A DNA stretch of 64,000 nucleotides. Source: Carcharhinus longimanus (Eukaryota). A model generated the notes under the pieces. That model was not told where the DNA came from. It worked only from the letters and a program-made list of their open reading frames with translations, and ran no database searches. The position numbers and the translations under genes were made by a program. Of the stretch, positions 50,540-62,555 are shown one piece after another. The stretch lies in NCBI GenBank assembly GCA_030264375.1, contig JASCQW010000043.1, positions 77,653,983-77,717,982 on the forward strand, given 5' to 3'. Position 1 is the first letter of the stretch; each line of letters begins with the position of its first letter.

Positions 50540-50783
50540 GGAAGAGCGGTAGACATGGTTTACATGGACTTNNNNNNNNNNNNNNNNNNNNNNNNNNNNN
50601 NNNNNNNNNNNNNNNNNNNNNNNNNNNNNNNNNNNNNNNNNNNNNNNNNNNNNNNNNNNNNNNNNNNNNNNATGGGATCTAATGGGATTGGGGGTTATAG
50701 ATAGGTCTATGGCTAAGTATAGACGTGATCGGCGCAACTTGTGGGCCGAAGGGCCTGTTTGTGCTGTAGTGTTCTATGTTCTA
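50540..50783 (+). mobile_element. Young 5'-truncated CR1 (middle lost in a gap)
   Basis: GRAVDMVYMD(F) RT motif before the gap; gggccgaagggcctgtttgtgctgtagtgttctatgttcta tail after it. Confidence 0.8.
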
Positions 50784-51639
50784 AAACTGAACTTGGAATC
50801 TTGGACAACTTTGGGCTGCACATTAATTAGTGCTCAGTAACATACAAAATAAAATCTTCGCCTGTGTGTTAACGTGCACTAGAAATATTTACACTCAGGA
50901 ATAAATGAAAGACCGTGAGGAAAAGCTAAAACCTAAACAATCAATATCCTGTCACAAAATGACTACACCTTTATTCATTCAAAGAATGTGAGCTTTGCTG
51001 GCTAGGCCAGCATTCATTGCTCATCCCTAATTACTCTCGAGACATATTTGCCCTTTATAGATAATTAGTTTACGTAATTGGTCTAATCCTTGGATGAAAT
51101 TAAACTCCACACAGTAATCTTTACTTAAATTATGCATTTCCAGATGTGTCTCAGTGCAGGATTTATCACTGAACTGTCTTAATCTTTGTGTACTTTGCAT
51201 CATACTGTTTGATCTTTGCTCACTACTCATCTCTAATCATGAGTTCAAGGCCCACATGAGGAGAATAGGATGAGCAATACAGTGTCAGAGATGCCGTCAT
51301 TCTAATGACAAATTAAACTGAGAACCTATCGACCAACAAAAGCATCTTTAATATAATAAAACACCCCAGTGTACTTTAAAGCAGCAATTATCGAACAAAA
51401 CTTAATACTGAGCCACACAAGATGATATGTGGACAGACGACCAAAGGCTCGGTCAAGTAACTAGGTTTTAAGTGTCTTAGAGAGTGAAGAGGGAGAAAGG
51501 TTGGGGTGGGTGGAGGGGGAGGGTGGATTAGATCAGCAGGGTCTAATTGAATGACAGAACAGCCATAAGAGGCACAAATGACCTCCTTTCCTTAATCTTG
51601 CCTATGTCCTAATTGCCCTTGCAAAGGGACAGAAACAAT

Positions 51640-51880
51640 GCTGTGATGCTATCTAAAGATTAGCAAGGGAGTTCTCCTGGTTAAGATCTATCCTTTACTC
51701 AGCATCACTGAAACCAAGGAACTGGTTACTGGTTTTACTGCTATTTGTGGAATGTTGCTATATGCAAATGGATTTCTGCTTCCCCACATTTTAACATTGG
51801 CTACACTTCAGAAGTAATTCATTGGCTGTGAAATATTTAGGAAGTCTGGAGATTATGAGAGGTGCTATTTGAATGCCAGC
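51640..51880 (+). mobile_element. DeuSINE 3' part
   Basis: Deu-domain and tail (ctacacttcagaagtaattcattggctgtg). Similar copies lie at ~55010-55180 (+) and ~60980-61215 (-). Confidence 0.65.
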
Positions 51881-52678
51881 TTTTGGGATATTGCGTCCAG
51901 GGGATCCTTAGATCCAATCCTTTCATTATAATCTTTTTCTCCATTTATATTCCAGAAAGCGATGATGCAGCACGTAAATAAATTCATTGACATTTTAGAA
52001 ATCTGCAACATTCCTGAAATGACTTTGCTCTCATCATTCCCTAGAACGGATGATCTGCAGTTTGTTCATTAACTGGCAACACAAGAAATCAAGAGCTAGC
52101 AGTCCATTTAGTAAAAACATCTAAATTTTCTAGGGCTGATTTCTTGATGTGACATTAATCTGTTTGCATTCATTTTGCAATTCATTTTTAGATCTAACAA
52201 ATTCATGGATTTGAGAATTTGTGTGATTTCATAGCAATTGTGCTGCTTCCTTTCTCCTAGTTTATTTATCTTCAAAATCAGGATGAATTCTCAAAGTGAT
52301 TTAACATTTATTGCAGGACCTGGACTGTCACAAGCATGTCCAATATCTGATCCATATATATTACAAATCAAATCAAAGTTTTACTTGCTCTGCAATTTTT
52401 TTTTGCTTAGTTCTTAAACAGATGCTGGCACAAAAAACAGTCAGCAACTAGATAGTGTTAGTTGGGAGCAAGGGAGTCAGAACTAAGGGTAAGGGGATGT
52501 CTTTCAATTGCCCTGTCCTCTTTCCAGATGTTGTATTCCTTGATCAGGCACTGAGTGCTTGACAACAAGACATCCACCTTTACCCCGTAACACTCCAAGC
52601 GTTAAGGCGCTGGCAATCCCAACAGGATTTTATGGGCAGCTTTGAAATGCTGTGGGAAAGTTGTGTACCTCCAATATT

Positions 52679-53035
52679 GGGGAGGTAGTGGCATAATGGC
52701 ATTGTTGCTGGAATTGGAATAGTAATCTAGAGACCCAGGGTAATGTGCTGGGGATCCAGGTTCAAAACCCACCACTGCAAATGACGACATTTGAATTCAA
52801 TAAAAATCGGGAATTAAAAGTCTAATGACCACAAAACCATTGTCAATTTTGTAAAAACCCATACAGTTCACTAATGTCTTTAAGGAAAGGAAATCTGCCA
52901 TCCCTTACCTGGTCTGGCCGACATGTGATTCCAGACCCACAGCCTTGAATCTTAACTGTATCCTCAAGGGCAATTAGGAATTGGCAATAAATACTGGTCT
53001 AGCCAGTAATGTTCATGACCCACAAAAGAATGAAA
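52679..53035 (+). mobile_element. tRNA-derived SINE sharing the CR1/L2-group LINE tail
   Basis: gtggcataatgg A-box, ggttcaaaacc B-box and aagggcaattagg...aataaatactgg tail. A partial copy lies at 23600-23810. Confidence 0.72.
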
Positions 53036-54027
53036 TAATATTTAATCCCCACAGTGCCACTGAATGGCACTGAGATGTCAATGGGCTCGTAATTGACATC
53101 CTGCTGTGATGGCTGGGCCTTTCTGCCCACTGCCTTAATCAGGGTAGATTTTACCGCTGCTGGGAAACTGATGCAGTGCCTTTCCTGCAAATAAGTGGCC
53201 TGTCCGCTATGGTTCCTGTGTGGTGTGCAGCATTAAATCCAACCCGTATTATAATAGGGTCAGAATTTACAGGAGATGGGTCTCTCGTGACATAGTTAAT
53301 GGTGAGAATTTTCCTGCATTCTTTTTCTCAAATTTATTTTATGCTGTAAGTTGTTGGAGGAACAAACCAATAATGGCAGTTGGAGGGAAGCAGGAACTTT
53401 AATGAGTAACAGAGCCAACAGTGCTTTATCTTAACAAATGAAAGTAAGTGTTTGATAAATAAAAAAAGTGTCAACTCAGGTACAGAAGAAGAAAAAGAGA
53501 GGGAAAGAAAGATTGGATTAAGAGAAAAAAAAGATAGAAAAGAAAATATAAGAGAAAAGGATATTTTAAATTTAAAATCTTCTTCAACAATTCACCATCT
53601 AAAGGAAGGAGCTGTCACACAGTTAATTGTTCGTTTTCTGGGTCAAAGATGTTAATTGCCATCATTAACATCACCACACATTTAAAATGGTATTTATGCT
53701 GTTGATCACCGCACGTAACTTTCTGTGGTATGTTTAATGGGCAATTAATGTGTCCTTCATGAAACTTGTGTGGAGTGAGATGTGCTCTTATGGTGATTGC
53801 AATTCATGGGGTATCATTTCCACATCACAAGTTGCTGGCTGATTTGCACATTAATGCAGCATTCACGAGGCAGTATTCTTTTTTATTCATTAGCGGGCTG
53901 TGGCTTCCAGAGAATTGCCATTAACTACCACAGGTATCCTAGCAATAGTTTATAATTGATTTTAGCACTAGAAATATTAAGCTGATCTTTGTCTACACCC
54001 CAGCAGTGACTGTAGCATTACATTCTG

Positions 54028-54327
54028 CATGGTGGTAGTGGTTACCACAGTTGCCTCGCAGGGACCTGGGTTTGATTCCCAGCTTGCGTCACTGTCTGTG
54101 TGGAATTTGCACATTCTCCCCATGTCTGTGCAGGTTTCCTTCAGGTGCTTCGGTTTCCTCCCACAGTCCAAAGACGTGTGGGTTATGTGGATTGGCAATG
54201 CTAAAGTCAGCGGGATTAACTAGAGTAAATGCATAGGTTTATGAGAATAGGGCCTGCGTGGGACCGTGACCAGTGCGGACATGATGGGCCAAATGGCCTC
54301 CTTTTGCACTGTCGGATTCTATGATTC
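54028..54327 (+). mobile_element. V-SINE nested in a Rex1 3' tail (53975-54425)
   Basis: The V-domain is flanked by the two halves of the Rex1 3'UTR. Confidence 0.82.
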
Positions 54328-55313
54328 TTTTCTTCTCTACGTAATATGCTTTATCTGACTAGCACGCGAGAAAAAATGCTTTTCACTGTATACTAATACA
54401 TGCGACAATCATAAATCAAATCAACATACTATCAGGGCTAAAATAAATCATATAAATGAATAACAACTTATTTAAATTACTTTGAGCAACTATTATTTAA
54501 GTAATTTAGGTTTTTTTTCATTATTCAGAATTTGTACAGCTTGCATAATTCGAGATTTGGATACAAGTCAGGGAACTCCTTGAAAAATAGATAGTTGGGT
54601 ACAATTAATCAAACCAAGATCAAATAAAGTATAAAGTTTTGGTCCAGCATGCCATGTGCTCCCTATTTTTTTATCATTAACATAACATGTTCATTTGACC
54701 ATGCTGTGCCTGTTAAATATTTTGTGATGCTGTCCAAGAACAATATCTTAATGGCAACAACATGCGAGCTACCTCTGTGCTACCTTCCTGGTTGCCCAAT
54801 GGCTAGACATGCATACACCTTACAAGGCCTGTCGCTTACCTCCACAGTCAAAATGTTCATCCAGCAGTTTTGTTTTTGTTAAGGATGACAGATAATTAGC
54901 TAGGCTGGAGATGCTATATTACATTTTCCCTGGATCACAAGGAATTTGATAGCGGCATGACGTTACATGCTGTCCTACTACTAGACTTCCAGGAGTCATA
55001 CATTCATTAATTAATCCCTCAGCTAACATCACTGAAACAGATTATTTAGTCATTTGCATATTACAGTTAGTCATGTGCAAGATGGTTGCTATGTTTTCTA
55101 TGTTACAAGTGACACACAAAAGTTGATGGTTGCAGAATGCTAAAGGATTTGATTGTTATGAAAGACACTTTATAAATGACAGTACCAAATTTTAAATGTT
55201 CAACCATAAGACCAAAACAAGATCCGAAGGGACAGATGAAAAAGGTCAGTTGTGCCATTTACCTCAACAAAACTAATTGAAAAAAATACAACATTACTTT
55301 ATAATCTAGTTCT

Positions 55314-57598
55314 GGGGAGGCGGGGTCTGTCTTCTAATTAACTCCTCTAGGTGCTCGACATAGCAGCACTGGCGAGATTCTGCTCCCCAGACCTAGAATA
55401 CTGATGCTAAAATGCTGTCACCTCTGTTATCCTGACAGCATTTTATATATCACCCCATGCAGACGTGAAGACCACATTAAACAAAATATACATCACCACA
55501 AGTAGTCTTGAGTCAAAATATCCCAAGGCTTTGTTCATCATGGCTGGGGACGTCAATCAGTTAGTGACTTTTGCTACCAAATAAACTTGTTGGACTTTAA
55601 CCTGGTGTTGTGAAACTTCTTACTGTGACTTCAATCAGGCCAAGCTCAAGAGTGTTCTACCAAGCTACCACCAACACACCTCCTATTCCACCAGAGGCCC
55701 AAACATCCGAGATCACTGCTACACGAATATCAAACATGCCTATAGCTCTATCACCCACCCACACTTTGGTAAATCAGACCACAAGGCTGTGCTCCAGCTC
55801 CCTGCTTACCAGCAAAAAATGAAGTGGGAGAATCCGTTAAAGAAATTTGTATAATGTTGGTCTGAGGAATCGGATGATCTCCTACGTGACTGCTTCGAGT
55901 CAGTAGACTGGTCAATATTTTAAAATTCAGTGACCAACCTGAACAAATATGACACTACAGTAACTGAATTCATTAGTAAACATGTACAAGAAATGCCAAT
56001 AAAGATCCGTGTGTTTCCCAACCAGAAACCATGGATGAATAGGGATATCTACTGCTGGCTGAAGTCCAGGCCTGAGGCATTCAAGTCAGGAGACCCTGAC
56101 CTTTAAAAAAATCCAGAGATGATCTATGGAGATCCATCAGATATGCCAAAAGACAGTCCCAGAACAAGCTAGAGTTCCAGACTAGAGACACAGACTCCCA
56201 CCAACTGTGGCAAAGTTTGTAAGACATTGCAGGCTACAAGATGAAGGCATGCAAAATCGGTGGCACCAATGCACCCCTCCCTGATGAGCTTAATGCATTT
56301 TATGCCAATTTTGAGAAAGAGGTCAGCGAGAGTATGCCCTTCACCCCGGAAATCTTGGACGAATCTTTATCTGAGATCACCATCGCAGATATCGGAAAGT
56401 GACCGGCCTGGATGAGGTATCTGGATGAGCACTCAGATCCTGCGCCAGAAAAGCCAGTGTGTCTTAATGACTATTGTCTGGTGGCTCTGACATCCATCAT
56501 AATGAAGTGCTTTGAAAGGTTAGTCATGGCTCAAATCAATTCCAGCCTCCTGGAATGCCTGGATCCACTACAGTTCACCCGCCACTGCAAGTCCACAGCA
56601 GATGCCATCTCTCTGGCCCTACGCTCAACCATGGAACACAGACAGACATGTCGGATTCCTATTTATTGTCTACAGCTCAGCCTTTAACACCATTATTCCT
56701 ACAAAACTCATCTCCCAAACTCCAAGGCCTGGGGCTCGGCTCCTCCCTTTGTGACTGGATCCTAGACTTCCTAACCCACAGACACAAATCAGTAAGGATA
56801 AGTAACAACATCTCCTCCACAATCATCCTCAACACTGGTACCTCACAGGTTGTGTCCTCAGTCCCTTAATATACTCCTTACGCACCTATGACTGTGTGGT
56901 CAGCTCTCCCTCAATTTCAACAAAATGAAGGAGATAGTCATTGACTTCAGGAAGCATTCTGGAGGACATGCCTCTGTCAATATCAATGGGGATGAAGTGG
57001 AAATGGTTGAGAGATTCAAGGTTCTAGGTATCCAGATCACCAACAACTTATCTTGGACTCTCCATGCCGATGCTACAGTTAAGAAAGGCCACCAATGTCT
57101 TTACATTCTCAGGAAGCTAAGGAAATTTGGCATGTCAGCTACGACTACAGATGCACCATAGAAAGCATTCTTTGATTGTATCACAACTTGTCCAAAAGCA
57201 CAAGAAACTACAAAGGGTCGTGAATGAAGCCCAGTCCACCACGCAAACCAGCTTCCCATCCATTGACTCTGTCTACACATCCTACTGCCTTGGAAAAGCA
57301 GCCAGCAAAATTAATGCACCCCAGACATACTCTTTTCCACCTTCTTACAACGAGAAAAAGATACAAAAACCTGAGGATACGTACCGAGAACAGTTTCTTT
57401 CTTGCTGCCAGAAGACCTTTGAATGGATCTATCTTGTGTTAAGTTGATCTTTCTCTACACCTTGGCTCTATTGTAACACCACATTCTGCACCTTCTCCTT
57501 TCCTTTGCGAAGTACGGTATGCTTTATCTGTAGAGCATGCTAGACACAACACTTTTCACTGTATCCCAAAACATGAGACAATAATAACTCAAATCAAA
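55314..57598 (+). mobile_element. Decayed Rex1/Babar LINE (endonuclease remnant, RT and tail)
   Basis: GGGVCLLINS, FIMAGD.NQ and GKSDH (APE endonuclease); FPNQKPWMN; NDYCLVALTSIIMKCFERLV; 3' tail. Confidence 0.9.
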
Positions 57599-58344
57599 AC
57601 ATTCTCTGCATACCTGTGTATTGCTGACCAAAATTGGCTTCAAACTCATGATGAAATCTGACCAACACACTGTGCAATTGTAATATGATGCCCTCTGGTT
57701 AATATTATATAATTTCAGCAATGGATGTCCTCATTTTATTTTTGTTGAAGATTGTCTCTGTCCAGTAACGGCACATATTGAGAACTGTGTCTGCAAATAC
57801 CTACAGGTCTCTTTTAGCTTCAATTTTAGATTTTCAGCACTATTCATATCCTTATCCTGTAGTCTTACTGAATATTTGTATACAGCATCCTATGTTCCAC
57901 CCTCCATACCCTTGAGGTCATTCAAAACATTGCTGTTCACAACTTAAATGATACAATAAGCAGTTCATGCATCATTCATATGCAAATTAACCTGTAATTG
58001 CTGTTGGTTAAGCAACAGCTTAATGTTAAAATTCTCATCCTTGTTTTCAAATTCCTCTGTAGCCTCATCCCTCCCTATCTTTGCAGGTTCATCTGGGGAC
58101 TTCCCACTCTGCCCCTCTCCCTTACTAATTGAGGACTCTCGTTGAAACCTACCAAGTCTACCCCAATACCTCCATCTGACTCCGAGTGAAATTTTATTTG
58201 ATAATGCTCCTGTGAAACATCTTGCGATGTTACATACTACCTCAAGTATGGTAAAAGTAGTAGGATCCAGTATGAATTATTCTCAGGATTTGGGGCTCAT
58301 AACAGTGAGATAACCTACTTCTCCCTAATCTCCAGTAAACACCT

Positions 58345-58730
58345 GGGGGGGCGATTCTCTCAGGAAAGTTCGAAGTGTCTAATTTGCATAAAAACTGGAG
58401 TAAATCCCACTGCTATTTTCCAGCAGGAGTTTCAAAATGGATCTCCCACATTCTGTGCACTGCAGAATGCACCAGCATAAATCATGTAAAAAAAAAATCA
58501 GTGGGCAAGGCCTATTCCTCCATGTGCAATAGCCTTGCACTGCCGGTCTCTCGTATGCCGGCCAGCCCCATGCCCCCCACATCACTGGCCCTCCGGCCCC
58601 ACCATGGCCTGATCGCTGACCCCCCAAACATTTTTGGCCAACCTTGATCCCACAGCCCTGATCTCCCGATTTCCTCCCCCGTCCGCAGCCCTGACCCCAC
58701 CCAACAGGCTGACCCTCCCTCTTCAACCCA
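58345..58730. mobile_element. Partial Harbinger MITE, same family as 217-1043
   Basis: GGGGGCGATTCTC start, with the 5' ~150 bp similar to 217-350. Confidence 0.7.
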
Positions 58731-59907
58731 ATCACAATTTTGTTTTAAGGTTTTAGTTTTAATATTTGGTACTGAATAGCTACCCAAATACAGTATGGCA
58801 TTTTCAACACTTCAAGATTAGTAGTGAGTTGGGAACCTGAATGTGAAGAAGTGGACTTGGTTTTCATTCTGCTTCTGGTTTCTGACCAGCTGGTGGACAG
58901 GATTAAGTGCCAGACTAATTTCTAATTGAAGACATTTTGGCAGGGGCCAGAAAGGCTCACCTCCCTCCTATTGCCTCACCTTCCTCCTATTACTTCCTCG
59001 TACCCATGCTCCACTGTCATCCTTCACAAATTTTGTCCTTTTTTCCCATCCATTCAAGACATTTGTAACACTCATAATTCTGCTTTCTTTCCTTGCAAGA
59101 GAAGAGAGCCAACAACTTCAGAAAGGGCTGGAAACCCAGGGGAGGAGTGTTATGGGGCGATTGGTGTGTGGGTTTTCTCCAATGAGGCCTTACTGGTCAC
59201 TAACAATACATGTCCATCTGGCTCACAGGGAAGGTGCACTTGTTTCAGGGGTCTGCAGATGTCTGTAGCAACCTCCCTTGAAATTCTGAAAGGTATGGGT
59301 GTTCAGAGATGGTGAGAGAGGCAGTCCTTTGACTGTATCTCCAACCGTATCTTTGACTGTTGGGGGTTTCGTATCCTTGTAGCTAGATTCTACACTCTGG
59401 GGTGGTAAGTGGTTTAGGAGAAGGCTGGAGCTCATTGTGCTACTATTAGTGCTGCAAGTGATGGTGCTACTGCTCCTCTTAAGCTTCATCAGAAATACAG
59501 GGTGGAACAGCTCAACAGTTCAGATCCTACAGGACTGTAGCTGAAGATGAATGAAGTACCTTCCAAGAAGTTGGCAATCACCTCGTCAAGTATTAAAAGT
59601 GAGCTTTGAGGATGAGTGGTCTGAACAGCAGCCTCATCTGGCCATGATTTCAGTTCTTCAGTTTCACCGATCAAACTTTCCCAGCCAGTTAGTTTCACTG
59701 AAGCAGCATTTCCCTCTGTGCACTCACCATGATGACCTGACAAATTGCTGACAGCTTAAGAAATAGCAGATGCACTGGCTTCTAAAGCTAGCACCCTCGG
59801 TTAAAGCAGAATTTAATAACCTATTTACTTACCAAAAGCTGCACAGGGGTTCCCCCCCCACCCACCATCAAACCTCCCTGCTAAATCCTGGTAGAGGAGA
59901 TTGAACC

Positions 59908-60327
59908 ATAGAATAGAATCCATAGAACCATAAAATCCCTATAGGAGGCCATTCAACCCATTGAGTCTGCATTGACTTTCCAAAAAACATTCTTACCCAG
60001 GCCCATTCCCAGCCCTATCTCCATAACCCTGTGTATTTACCATGTCCAATCCACCTAACCTCATGCATTTACCATGGCCAATCCACCTAACTTATTCACC
60101 TTTGGACATTAAGGGGCAATTTGCCATGGCCAATCTACCTAACTTATTCACCTTTGGACATTAAGGGGCAATTTGCCATGGCCAATCTACCTAACCTGCA
60201 CATCTTTGGACTGTGGGAGGAAACAGGAGCTCCTGGAGGAATTCTACATGGGAAGAATGTGCAAACTCCACACAGGCAGTCAAAGGTCCCTGGCACTGTG
60301 AAGCAGCAGTGTTTACCACTATGCCGC
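59908..60327 (-). mobile_element. V-SINE with an internal ~52-bp tandem duplication
   Basis: catggccaatc.acctaacttattcacctttggacattaaggggcaatttgc is repeated at ~60073-60177. Confidence 0.85.
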
Positions 60328-61219
60328 CCTTATAGAACCATACCAAATTACAGCTCAGAAACAGGCCTTTTGGCCCCTCTTGTCTATGCCGAACCAGTTT
60401 TTGCCTAGTCCCACTGACCTGCACTTGAACCATATCCCTCCGCACCTCTCTCATCCATGAGCCCGTCCGAGTTTTTCTTAAATGTTAAAAATGACCCCAC
60501 ATTTACCACTTTATCCGGCAGCTCATTCCACACTCCCACCACTCTGTGTGAAGAAGCCCCCCCTAATGTTCCCTTTAAACTTTACACTAGGACTTTTTGT
60601 GGTGCAAGTACATTGTGGCTTCTTCTGCATTTTTTAAAAAAGTGACAAACATGTCAAATGTTTGCATAGGCCCAAGGGTAACTGAACTCTCCTTATTCAG
60701 GAGTTGTTGAGTAGGAAATTGGTTGCTATATTCATCTCTGTGAATTACTGATCTAAATGTTCCATATGAATAGGCTTTGAAGTAGCAGCGTGAGGCTTTT
60801 CTCTTCATGTGACTTTTATTCTCATTCCATGGAGAATTCAACAAGCTGGATTTAGATTATTTAATACCAAGTTATTTTAATATCTTATCTGGCCTCTGCA
60901 GCAGACTTTACTTTTTGTCTCTTAATTTTAACAAGACTTGTATAAACCGGGATTAAGAGCAATGATAATCCGCCAAGAAAGAACTTGCATTTTTATAGCA
61001 GTTTTAACAGCTTTAGCACTACCAAAGTGATTTCCAATGAAGTAAGTACAATTTTGAAGTTTGATTATTGCAATAGAAAGAAATGTGGGAGCCAGTCTGT
61101 GCCTGGCCAGAGGCCACAAATAACAATGTGACAATGACCAGACAATCTGAATGAGGTTGGATCAAGGATAAATATTATCTACATTGCTTGAGGAGACATT
61201 TTTCAAATAGCACTACGCG

Positions 61220-61602
61220 TCAGATGAATTTCCAAACCTGGTTGTGAAGACGACACCGGGACCAGAATACTTTTGGTAGACACTGTTTAATGCAGGGTTT
61301 ACTTCTGCACTCTGACACAATCTCTCCCAGTGCTGGCTGATTCTTCATTATATACACATCTGAGTTTAATTAAGTAATCAATACCCAATTAGTAAAAGCA
61401 AATTACTGCAGATGCTGGAATCTGAAACCAAAAGAGAAAATACTGGAAAATCTCAGCAGATCTGGCAGCATCTGTGAGGAGAGAATAGAGCTGACGTTTT
61501 GAGTCCAGATGACCCTTTGTCAAGGCTCAATCAATACCGAACACTTGTTAATGTTATTAATTTAAAAATACAAGATATTTAACATCATCAACAGAACCGA
61601 CC
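61220..61602 (-). mobile_element. Probable 3' LTR of the Copia element (contains a Penelope-type insertion at 61393-61526)
   Basis: Follows the polypurine tract GAAAGAAAAAGGGAA (61606-61620); TATATAA and ATTAAA occur on the minus strand. Confidence 0.55.
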
Positions 61603-61779
61603 AGATTCCCTTTTTCTTTCAGATTATATTGACATGCAAACAGAATTCATCAGAAAAAGATTACAAAATGATAATACATTAGCTTATCATGCAGTCAATC
61701 TTTAACATACGCCATATTCCTCCTGTCTTAAAGAACAAATATATTTCATACAGCCACAACATGATAATTTCCATGTTCT

Positions 61780-62552
61780 TATACTCCATTATAACACAAT
61801 TCTCTTTGATGATATCTAACAATTTTGATTGGACAAGTAGATTTCTTTGGTAAAACAATCCAACAACTGATGACTTGCGTCGACCCATTTTATTTTTGGA
61901 ATCTCCTTTCTTTCCAATGTATCTTTTAGAGATCCTCGATCTCTTTTTCCATAACACACTTTATCAAATGGAGATTGTCCCAGAGTGAAGGGTTAGTTAT
62001 GTAACATTTTATGGGCACGCTTTTCCCCAGTTGCCCTGTTTATGTAGGAGTTCCTTTTAAAATACTCAATAAATGTATAGCCACACCTGTTACTTTTTCC
62101 AGCACAAGAGTCTCTGTAGCTAAATTGCTTTTAATACTCCCTATGTTTCCTTAGATTTCCATGCTAATGGACAATATTTGTTATTTCTTCCCAAGATATA
62201 ATGCATTCTGCTGAATTTGAAAAACCGCCAGGAAGGTTAGAGTGAGGGGTGTCACTAAATACAGTTAATTTCATCCCTTCTAGGTCTGGAAAGCTGTGCA
62301 AATGTATTTCTAAACTTAATTAGTTCAATACTTTATTTGCTTTTAGCACTTCACCAACAGCAGCATATTTCAGCAAGGTGCTCAATTCTAATACATTGAA
62401 GCATGCATCTGGTCTAGTTTGTACAGCCAGTTTAATTACCCAATTAAGGTTTTAATTAACCTGCTTCTTCCTCGGTTGTAGAATCTTCTTTTGAGAGGAT
62501 CTGGCTTGATTTATCAGAATCCTATTCTCGCTCTCGAGGTAAGACTGTTGTC
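61780..62552 (-). pseudogene. Decayed Copia (GalEa-like) pol fragment: RT C-terminus and RNase H
   Basis: QQSYLES..INQARSSQ, IG*LNWL/VQTRPDACFNVLELST, LKANKVL, LTVFSD..HSNLP, CPLAWKSK, KSNLATETL, NPSLWDNLH, KIKWVDASHQLLDCFTK. Confidence 0.85.
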
Positions 62553-62555
62553 ATG

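Noticed and set aside
50517-50571. Plus-strand exon with start MKRKSGRHGLHGL
   Set aside because: Another frame reads GRAVDMVYMD(F), the CR1 RT motif, and a CR1 tail follows the gap.
62482-62538. Apparent 57-nt plus-strand exon with good AG/GT sites
   Set aside because: It is the antisense of the Copia RT remnant (SYLES..INQARSSQ). Exonisation cannot be excluded without RNA data.
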